A stretch of 46,126 bases of DNA from Octopus bimaculoides (lineage: Eukaryota). Positions 11,056-20,766 of the stretch are shown in pieces. The notes below the pieces were generated by a model that saw only the letters and a list, made by a program, of their open reading frames with translations, did no database searches and was not told the origin of the DNA. The stretch lies in assembly GCF_001194135.2 (NCBI RefSeq), contig NC_068989.1, positions 93,080,163 through 93,126,288 of the forward strand, read 5' to 3'. The position numbers were made by a program, and so were the translations under genes. How positions within the stretch are numbered: the stretch's first letter is position 1; the number at the start of each line of letters is the position of its first letter.

Positions 11056-11769
11056 AGTAATTAAAGGTGTTCATAGAAAAAAATGGTTGAGAACCACCTC
11101 TGCAGATGTTTGCTACTTGCGCTGGCCTTCTTTGTAAAATTTTACTTTCGCTTCAGTTTTGTGCGTAGACATATATTTCAATGAAATTAAAATATTAATA
11201 ATAGAAATTAAATCAATAAATTAAGAATTGCAGAGATGTAAAGATTATCAATGTTTTGAGGTGAGGCTCTTTTTCAAGGGAGAGGAAAAAAATTAATGAC
11301 AACCCACCGTTCTTTCTGAAAATTGAACTTACTACCTAACGATCACAAGCCAGAAATTTTAACCACCATGTCTCACGCCTTCCTCTACAGAAAGTAGAAA
11401 CTTTATAAATAAATGAAGAGGTGGATGTTCTAGGTTGTGCATAGCAAAAGAGCGAAACTACTGGCTAGAAGGTCACGTGGGATATGATTTCATCGTGCTA
11501 CAGCTGGGTCTGTTTGAAGGAAATGAAAATTGTGGAAGATGACGTGTTGAAGAGGCTACGTAGTTGAGTGGAAGGCGAGGTTGAAAGGAATTTGGTTGAT
11601 GGTTACGCAGATTCAAGACAGAGAGGCAGAGATGATGCCCATAACTAAGTTCAACGATTCACTGGTGATATTTTCGGGCACGGAAACAAGCTAAGACTGG
11701 TTTTCCAAGATACACGCGCGTGTGTGTGTGCGTATATATGTATATATGTATGTGTGAATATGTTTGTGT

Positions 11770-11975
11770 GTCTGTTTGTCCCCCCCACCCAACATCGCTT
11801 GACAACCGATGGTGGTGTGTTTACGTCCCAGTAAACTAGCGGTTCGGCAGAAGAGACTGTTAGAATAAGCACTAGGCTTACAAAGACTAAGTCCTGGGGT
11901 CGATTTGCTCGACTAGAGGCGGTGCTCCAGCAGGACCGCAGTCAAATGACTGCAACAAGTAAAGGAATAAAAGAA
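11770..11975 (+). mobile_element. SINE tail module B
   Basis: CATCGCTTGACAACCGAT...GGCTTACAAAG...GGGGTCGATTTG...GCTCCAGCA..GCCGCAGTCAAAT recurs at 12800-12986, 39825-40030, 40922-41110 and 44790-44900. Confidence 0.7.
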
Positions 11976-12486
11976 CATCAGTGTGTTTGGCAACATGAAG
12001 AGTTGTCTCCCTGCACAAAATGAACTTCTAATATTCTTTCCCTTTTAGAAGGCACAAAGCCTGAAATATAGAGGGAGGAAGCTGGTCTGATTACATCGAC
12101 CTCAGAGCTCGATTTGTTCCTATTCTATCGATTTTGAAAGGATAAAAGACAAAGTCGGCATCAACGGCATTTGAGTTTAGAACGTAAAACCGAAAAATAT
12201 ACCGCGAAGTATTTTGTCCGGCATACTAACAGTTCTGTCAGTTCGCGGGTTTAAATAAAAGACTAATATTTAGCGAAGAGAGGTTTGCTTAGGAATAAAT
12301 GTTCCGAACACTTTCGTCGTGATTTCATGAAATAAATTGCATTCGGAGTCAAAAATCTGTGATCGAGTCCCATCCACCACATTAATCCTTATCAGCAATC
12401 TGAGATGATTGTCTTGAAATCTTGTGTTAAATGCAAACAATTCCCCTTATGCAAGCTGGACGGGGGCTTGCACTCCAAAGATTTAA

Positions 12487-12553
12487 AGCTACGGCGTTGG
12501 ACTTACGTTCTAATGGACGAGTGTCCGCGTGGGTTCGAACCCGACTCGTGCTA
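12487..12553 (+). pseudogene. tRNA-Leu(TAA)-derived pseudogene lacking the D-arm
   Basis: GGCGTTGGACTTACGTTCTAATGGACGAGTGTCCGCGTGGGTTCGAACCCGACTCGTGCTA closely matches the 3' two-thirds of eukaryotic tRNA-Leu(UAA) as I recall it: long variable arm GGAC:GTCC, T loop TTCGAAC, 3' acceptor strand TCGTGCT+A. The anticodon reads TAC, and the A box/D-arm is absent. Confidence 0.7.
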
Positions 12554-12567
12554 TTGGCATTTCTATA

Positions 12568-12986
12568 GGCGTAGGAGTGGCTGTGTGGAAAGTAGCTTGC
12601 TTACCAATCACATGGTTCTAGGTTTAGCCCTACTGCGTGGCACCTTGGGCAAGTGTCTTCTCCTATAGCCTCGGGCCGACCAAAGCCTTGTGTGTGGATT
12701 TGGTAGACGGAAACTGAAAGAAGCCCCGTCGTATATATGTATATACAGATAAACAATAGACGAAGACAGGTGTAAAAAGAACAAGCAAGTGTATCAGTGT
12801 TTGTCCTCCCAACATCGCTTGACAACCGATCTTGGTGTCTTTACGTCCCCGTAACCTAGTGGTTCGGCCTAAGAGACCGATAGAATAAGTACTAGGCTTA
12901 CAAAGAATAAGTTCTGGGGTCGATTTGTCCGACTAAAGGCAGTGCTCCAGCATGGCCGCAGTCAAATCACTGAAGCAGATAAAAGA
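12568..12986 (+). mobile_element. Bipartite SINE: tRNA-like head C + microsatellite spacer + tail B
   Basis: Head GGCGTAGGAGTGGCTGTGTGG...GGCACCTTGGGCAAGTGTC...GGATTTGGTAGACGGAAACTGAAAGAAGCC is followed by TA-rich spacer and tail B. Same layout at 13317-13648(-), 39825-40220(-) and 40922-41391(-). Confidence 0.75.
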
Positions 12987-13316
12987 ATATACTACAACAA
13001 ACTTTTCATAAAGAGGAAATTTTAAAAAATGGAAACAATGGCTTCCTTCGAAAGTTGATGAGAATCATCTCCCATGTTTCGTTATTCAATTTCGTCTTAA
13101 TTTTCTTCATCCTTTGGCGAAAGTTTTCGGCTACTCTTGAACAAATTGCGAGACTTTCGGAATGGTTCGCCTAATAATGAATTCTTCAACTCGTGCAGTC
13201 CATGCGATGACGAGCCAAGTCACATGCGGCCTATTTGGCCTATGATTGTTCTATGAGATCATTAATCATACTAGAAATAGCAGTCAAATTACTCTCAAGA
13301 TTTTATATTATATCTT

Positions 13317-13648
13317 TTATTCATTGAATTGCAGACTTGCTGCAGCACCGCGATGGAGGGGTTTTATCGAACGAATTGACCATAGTCCGTTTTTATGCCT
13401 GATACTTATTCCGTCGGTGTCATTTTTCGAACTGCTAAGTTACGAGCACATAAACAAACTTACACCATCTGTCAAGCGGTAGTGCAGGACATACACACAT
13501 ACACGAGGAGCTTCTTTCAGTTTCCGTCTACCAAATCAACTTACAAGAGCTCACAGCTGTTGTAGAAGACACTTACCCAACGTGTCATGCAGTGGATTGA
13601 ACCTGTAACAGGCTGGTTGGGAAGCAAACTTCTTACCACACAACCACT
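13317..13648 (-). mobile_element. Bipartite SINE (C+B), diverged
   Basis: Reverse-complement similarity to 12568-12986. Confidence 0.55.
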
Positions 13649-14127
13649 TCAAGGATTTTTTTCTAACGACGGCAGATTTAAGTTTCTGTCTCAAAAAATA
13701 TTGTCTAACATGAGTTACTTCCCTTCCATTATTTGTATTCATAATTTTTTTTTTTTTTTTCATTCTACAACCAATTGGAGAACTTACGCCTGCTATGCTA
13801 GAAATAACAACCAAATCTCCCTTAAATCACTAATTCTCTGACATCATTGAAAATAGAAGTCGTTATCGTTGAACACGAGTTACTTCCCTTGTGTTATTTT
13901 AATTTAATTTTTCAAGATGTTAAATATTCTTATCTATTTTATCAAACCACCAGAGACGGTTGTTAAATCTGCTAGAAATGGCAGTCAAAATTCAGCTCGC
14001 TAATTCTACATAGATCTTAAAATGTAAAACATTCTGGATAATGGGATTCTAGGAAGAATTATTTGAAAAGATTGAAAAGATAAATACAATATGATGATCA
14101 GTGCCACATGACAAGCTCCCATGTTGA

Positions 14128-14322
14128 TGGCACGTAAAAAGCACCCACTACACTCTTGGAATGGTTAGCATCAGGAAGTGCATCCAGCTGTAGAAACCTT
14201 GCCAGATCAGAATTGGAGCTTAGTGCAGCCTCCTGGCTTTCCAGACCCCAGTCAAACCGTCCAACCCATGCCAGCATGGAAAGCAGACGTTAAGGGACAA
14301 CAATGATGATGATGATGATGAT
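14128..14322 (+). mobile_element. Retroposon family D 3' part ending CCCATGCCAGCATGGAAAGCAGACGTTAA-(GAT)n
   Basis: Recurs at ~19995-20312(+), 22862-22960(-), 36900-37050(+) and 42022-42330(-). The simple-repeat tail is typical of LINE/SINE 3' ends. Confidence 0.65.
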
Positions 14323-14849
14323 GAGGAGGAGGAGGAGGAGGAGGAGGATCTTGGGTGCAATAGCTTTAATCATAAATCTGCTCAGTCACGGTTAGTCTGG
14401 GACTAACAACAAGCCATCTGTATCTTTTATTACTTACTTGTCTTCGGCAAAGGACAGTGGCCATGCTGGAGCACCACCTAGAAGAGTTCAGTTGAACAAA
14501 CTGATCCCAGTGCTTATTTTCTGAAGCCTGAAACCTTTATATATGGAAACCTTGTGTTACCATTTATAATTAATTTTCTCCCTTATTATATACACCACTG
14601 CTTCTCAAACCATTTTAGAGATGATTCCTTTTCTTTTACTAACACCATTGTCATCATTTACCGTACGCCTGCAAACACATTGATGACGCTATACAGAAAG
14701 TCTTTCCAAATAAGTGTGAGTTTTCCAGCTGCTTTGCTGCAAAAATGCTTTCTGCAAAAATTAAATACTCTACCAAAAAACTTGTGGCTGACAGGTTGAT
14801 CGCCATTAAAAGGCAGTTTGTGCATCATAAGTCCCTTTAACAATATATT

Positions 14850-15050
14850 CTTTTGTACTCGAGGCACAAAATTTTGGGGGAGGGGGCCAGTCAATTAGAC
14901 CAACACCAGTACACAACTGATATTAATTTATCGAACCCGAAAGGATGAAAGGCAAAGTCGACCTCGATGGAATTTGAACTCAGAACGTAAAGACAGACGA
15001 AATACCTCTAAGCATTTCACCCGACGTGCTAACGATTCTGCCAGCTTCCT
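14850..15050 (-). mobile_element. SINE family A copy
   Basis: Reverse complement of the family A core. Confidence 0.65.
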
Positions 15051-16517
15051 CCCCCCACCTTGCCTTCACAAAATATCATGAAATAAAATAAAATCACAAT
15101 ATAAAAAAAAACCATTTAAATAAAAAAATACAACACAAACAACAAATAAATGATAAAATAGAATAATTTACTGTTTGTTATTGTTGTTGTAGCTGCTGCT
15201 GCTGCTTTCGACTGTTGACTTCTCTCTTACTTTCCCTCCTCTGCCCCTCTCTCTTTCTCTCTATCTCTCTCTCTCTCCTTTTTACATAAGCCATTTCAAT
15301 GTGAAGTGTGTATAAACATGGAAGAGACAGCGGTGAGTGTTTATAGAGGAGGGGTGGTGCTAACAAATTGGAGTATATGAGGACACTGCTGTGCATGATG
15401 TGTGTGAGGAAGTGGAGATGAGGAGTGAAAGCGGTGGCGGTGGTGGTGGTGGTGGCAGTGGTGGTGGTGATATTAGTGATGATTCATTGTGCACCTCTAC
15501 ATATTTTATTCGTCAAACAACAAGTTTACCTGTTGTTCTTGAATAAGGAATTTCAATGCTCAAAATCTTGATAAATCAATAAATAAATAAATTAATTAAT
15601 TAATTAATAAATAGATAAACATGGTGATCCCACAATTTAATAGATCTTGAGTCACTGAACTGACCCAATGATCGATTGACCGACCAACTTTCCGTTTCGA
15701 TCCTGCTTGATCCATTCTTGGATCTCATAGAAACTAATGGTAGATCCTGAATCGTTGGGCAGTTCTGTTTGGTTCTGACTGGACTTTTGATTGTCCAAGC
15801 TTGTAACTACATAGGTCTGGCAGCCTAAACTAATGACCATGCAAGCACACTGTGTCCGTATATATATATGTATATACATGCATGCATGCACACATACACA
15901 TGTGTGTGTATGCATGTATGTATGTATGTATGTATGTATAAATGTATGTATGTATGTATATATGTATGTATGTATGTATAGGAATAAGGAATGAAGATGG
16001 TTTTATCCGAAGAAAAATTCTTTTCATTCCTTATCATTTGCTGACGTTAAACGATGATGATGATGATGATGACTGACTTTGCAGAAAATGTAATGCAATA
16101 TGCTGTTACCCATGCCTTGGCTTTGCAGAGTACTTAATTATTAGTAATTATTAATGATGCTTTAATTGGTTGGTTAACGAAGTGTACTGTTGGCTTCCTT
16201 TTTAAACCCTCGGTTAGCAAGGCAGGTGCATGCAGTGCTTTTGAGGTGGTTTCTTGGATTGGAATGATCTCTATGTTGAATCTAGGTGCATCAACACACA
16301 GGGTACCAGAACTGGCTGGGCGAAGTACTACAGTATAGGGTTCACAGGGAGGTAAAACAACAATGAGGTATCATATGTTTGGTAGAATAGTGCAGATGTG
16401 TAGCTATGAAAGTTGCAAATCCAATTTATACTGTAGATCCAACTCAATGTTGGTTCCAGGTGTGGCATAGGTACAAAAAGAATACAAATTTTAAACTCCA
16501 CTTGTGTTCTTTATATA

Positions 16518-16557
<40 letters not shown>

Positions 16558-16825
16558 TTNNNNNNNNNNNNNNNNNNNNNNNNNNNNNNNNNNNNNNNNN
16601 NNNNNNNNNNNNNNNNNNNNNNNNNNNNNNNNNNNNNNNNNNNNNNNNNNNNNNNNNNNNNNNNNNNNNNNNNNNNNNNNNNNNNNNNNNNNNNNNNNNN
16701 NNNNNNNNNNNNNNNNNNNNNNNNNNNNNNNNNNNNNNNNNNNNNNNNNNNNNNNNNNNNNNNNNNNNNNNNNNNNNNNNNNNNNNNNNNNNNNNNNNNN
16801 NNNNNNNNNNNNNNNNNNNNNNNNN

Positions 16826-16882
<57 letters not shown>

Positions 16883-17130
16883 ATAAACATGCTGACTGAA
16901 TCTTCTAATGTGCATCACTATCATTTGCTCCCCAATTGTCTCTGGTCAGCCTGGCTGATACAACCAAGGCCCGGAGACTGCTTCAGACAATAGACTCCTC
17001 GTGCGGAGAGCATTCTGTTGATTCCTTCATGCCAAGAGACCAATTAAAACCGAAAACATCCTGGTCGTTGAAATTACTTGTGTTGATATGTCCGTATGTG
17101 CTGGCTGTTCATAGAAATATGTTACATCCA

Positions 17131-17560
17131 CTGAAAAATAAATAAAAATATGGATAAACAAGCATTCTTGAGAGCAGATGGTGTTATTAAAACTTTTATC
17201 CAGATTAAATCTTAAATCATTTTATATTTCTCAGATTAGAATATTAATAAAACAACCTAAGTACCTAAATATGACCAACTAATTTGTATATACAACAGAG
17301 GAGTCCTAATTCCATGGAGTCAACAGAGGAGTCACTCAGTCTACTAGAAATAGCAGCCAAATCTCCCTCAAATAAAACTCCAACCATCTTAGGAAAAACA
17401 TTGGTACATGTGATTCTAGTTTCAAGGCACACAAGGAAAAAGGTGAGATGGTCATGACTGAACAGTCTTAGATCTTAGGTTTACTTGATCAGAGTTGACT
17501 TATGTTTAAGCAACAATAAAAACAACAAGTACAGCAGCATAAAATGTAAAATCTTCTTAC
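17131..17560 (-). other. Candidate intron in the 3' UTR of the TRIM-NHL gene
   Basis: Donor AAG/GTAAGA (exon ends 17561) and acceptor TATTTTTATTTATTTTTCAG (17131). No transcript data. Confidence 0.4.
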
Positions 17561-17652
17561 CTTTGATCAAATACTTCCCCACCCAGATGTGACACCACTC
17601 GCACCCAACCCAATGTCACGTGTCACAAAGTCCCATTTACTTGAAGTCCAGT

Positions 17653-17816
17653 TTAAAAAAGCTGTACCCGGTGGTTGTCTCGGTCCGTCACAACTATACA
17701 GCTATTGTTCATCACAGCCACCCCTTCGGGGCCATTGAAATTATGAGCCTGATCCCCTCCAGAGCCGAAGCTTGCATAAAACGTTCCATCACCTCGGAAT
17801 ATCTGCATCCGGTTAT
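17653..17816 (-). CDS. nhl-1: TRIM-NHL gene, visible part of the last coding exon (end of NHL5 plus NHL6, stop TAA 17655-17653)
   Basis: NRMQIFRGDGTFYASFGSGGDQAHNFNGPEGVAVMNNSCIVVTDRDNHRVQLF* is a typical terminal NHL repeat. Its 5' end is lost in the 100-N gap 17817-17916. Confidence 0.88.
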
Positions 17817-19042
17817 NNNNNNNNNNNNNNNNNNNNNNNNNNNNNNNNNNNNNNNNNNNNNNNNNNNNNNNNNNNNNNNNNNNNNNNNNNNNNNNNNNNN
17901 NNNNNNNNNNNNNNNNATATATATACATATATATATATATGTTTATATGTGTGTGTGTGTGTGTGTATGTGTGTACAAACATTCACATGACAGGCTTCTT
18001 TCAGTTTCCGTCAACCAAATCTCCTCACAAGGCTTTGGTCAACCTGAACCTGTAGAAGAAGACACTTGCCCAAGATGCCATGAAGTGTGACTGAACCTGG
18101 GACCATGTGGCTTGAAGCATACTTCTTTATTACACAATCCCCAAGATTTTTTGCATAATTTCCATCAACCAAATTTCACTGATAAAGTACAAACAAGAGA
18201 AGAAGACATTTGTGTAAAGTGGGTGCCACACAACGCGAGGGAACCAAAAGCAGTGGGGTTGTAACGTAAACTTCTTAACCACCTATGCATGACAGCCTGC
18301 CTGCCTGGGGCCACACATCTGCTTGTAAGTAACAGATGGTGAAGGTGTTATATGGAACACTGGTGATGATGATGTTGATGATGATGATGATGGCAATATT
18401 AGTGTTTGTGCTGGTGACAGCAGCTGTGACGATGATTATAATAATGATGGATGGGGAGGGGCAGTGGTAGCGGTTGTGGTGGAGGTGGTGCTGCTGCTAA
18501 TGATGATAAGAAGAAGAAGAAGAAGGTGATGGTGATGATGATGATGATGAGGATGACGACGACGACGACGATGGTGATGATGATGATGATCTTGGGTAAA
18601 ACAGGGAAATCTGTTTCCTCACATCTCTGGCACTCCAGGTGAAACAAATTCAGCCCATCCTACAATCTTGCGACATAGGAGGGACCTACACGGCAGGAGT
18701 AGCAGCAGTAGCAGTGGTAGTGGTAGTAGTAGTAGTTCTTACCGCCCCACACTTCCTTGTACACCCCTCACCACCAGCACCACCACCACCATCCTGACAG
18801 ACCTTGATGCTTTTTACAATTCCATGCCGCTACTACTACTGCTGCCACTGCTGCTGCTGTCTACAGTGTACCTAGCATTTTTCCTTCTTCTATTATTAGC
18901 AGCTTAACCAGGAAGATGTGGTGTCTACATGTGAGAGGGGAAGGGGCAGATGAGAGATAAAGAATGAAGGGAGGTGTGAGAGTGTGTATGTGTGCATGTA
19001 TAACGTGTGTGTGTGTGTGTGTGCTTGTGGTGTGTGCATATG

Positions 19043-19086
<44 letters not shown>

Positions 19087-19364
19087 TAAATCTCATAGAA
19101 AATATGTATAAAATAAAAAGACTGCCTAATGTAAGAAAGGCATGTGAGCATGTATGACGTGTGCGTGTGTGTGTGAGCAAGTGTGTGTGCTTGCATATAA
19201 TATATGTATGTGTGTGTGTATAAATATATATATTAATTAATTATATATATAAATATATATAATTAATAAAAAAAAAGCAAATAAAAAGACAAGGAAAAGA
19301 TAACTGCATGAGGACGTGGTAGATGCAAAGTATCAAAAGACGCTCAGGAAAGGAAAGAAAGGTG

Positions 19365-19399
19365 GTTTTACGTAGCGAGCAAAGCTCTTCTTCAGAAAC
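19365..19399 (-). ncRNA. Degenerate minimal hammerhead (canonical CTGAAGA, GAAA mutated to GCTA)
   Basis: GTTT-CTGAAGA-A-GAGC(TTT)GCTC-GCTA-CG-TA/AAAC. Confidence 0.5.
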
Positions 19400-19487
19400 A
19401 GGAGACAGAGGAAAGTCCAAGGGAAAAGGAAGATGGAGAGAAAAAATCACCAACAATCCACATGTAGTTACATTTTGGAATGAAACT

Positions 19488-19544
<57 letters not shown>

Positions 19545-19994
19545 CATATAAAGCAAATAAGTAACAAGGATGTCTAGGTATTTGTGCAATACAGCTGTTT
19601 CAGGCAACACCATTTTATCGAACAATGCAAACATTACATCGATTTGAAATACACCACCATCTTCAGATGAATCATAATTATTTCTTTTNNNNNNNNNNNN
19701 NNNNNNNNNNNNNNNNNNNNNNNNNNNNNNNNNNNNNNNNNNNNNNNNNNNNNNNNNNNNNNNNNNNNNNNNNNNNNNNNNNNNNNNNNNNNNNNNNNNN
19801 NNNNNNNNNNNNNNNNNNNNNNNNNNNNNNNNNNNNNNNNNNNNNNNNNNNNNNNNNNNNNNNNNNNNNNNNNNNNNNNNNNNNNNNNNNNNNNNNNNNN
19901 NNNNNNNNNNNNNNNNNNNNNNNNNNNNNNNNNNNNNNNNNNNNNNNNNNNNNNNNNNNNNNNNNNNNNNNNNNNNNNNNNNNNNNNNNNNNNN

Positions 19995-20312
19995 CGTAAA
20001 AAGCATCATCTGAACGTGGCCGAAGCCAGTGTCACCTTACTGGCACATAAAATACACCATTCAAGCGTGGTCAATGCCAGTGCTATCTGACTGCCCCCCC
20101 CCCCCACCTTGCCAGTAGCACATAAAAAGCACCCTTCTATACTCTTGGAGTGGTTGGCATTAGGAAGGGCATCCAGCTGTAGAAACCTTGCCAGATCAAA
20201 CTGGAGCCTGGTGCAGCCTCCTGGCTTGCCAGTCCTCAGTCAAACCATCCAACACACACCAGCATGGAAAGCAGACGTTAAATGAAGATGATGGTGGTGA
20301 TGATAATGATGA
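19995..20312 (+). mobile_element. Retroposon family D copy
   Basis: Same body and (GAT)n tail as 14128-14322, plus upstream GGCAC(G/A)TAAAA repeats. Confidence 0.65.
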
Positions 20313-20730
20313 TGTTCACATGATGGCAATTACAAGACTAATCACATTTCTTTTGAGTTTCAAAATATCATTAGTGCTGCCACATGTTACAGAATACTTT
20401 CCATCAAGTAGTGGTTCTCTCAAATGCTAAAACAGAAATCTAATTAAATAACTGTACACATACACACATACACACACACACATGCATATGATGAGCTTCT
20501 TCTCAGTTTCCATCAACCAATTCCACTCCTAAGGTTGGCACTTGTCAGCTCAAGGCTGCACCTGAAGATTCTTGCCTCAGGTGCTAGATATTGTTAGAAC
20601 ACACAACCAAATGGTGACGAAGCGAATTCTGTATCAATATAGAGAGAATTTACAAAAAAACAAAAGACAAAAGACGGGTGTGTAAACAACAAACAGATGA
20701 ATTAGTTTAACACTTGGGAAGTGAGAAAGT

Positions 20731-20766
20731 CTTTTACATTTCGAGCCTACGCTCTTCAACAGAAAG
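20731..20766 (-). ncRNA. Minimal hammerhead, A6U variant, CpG-decayed stem III
   Basis: CTTT-CTGTTGA-A-GAGC(GTAG)GCTC-GAAA-TG-TA/AAAG, inside a 20642-20828 repeat related to 7299-7491. Confidence 0.55.

Noticed and set aside
10480-11100. Possible hAT-type MITE hosting the hammerhead element (GGTTGAGAACCAC at 11085-11097)
   Set aside because: Matching left TIR and TSD not found.
16160-16365. ~75-codon minus-strand open frame (VLRPASSGTLCVDAPRF...)
   Set aside because: No start codon, no convincing splice pair, no recognisable homology.
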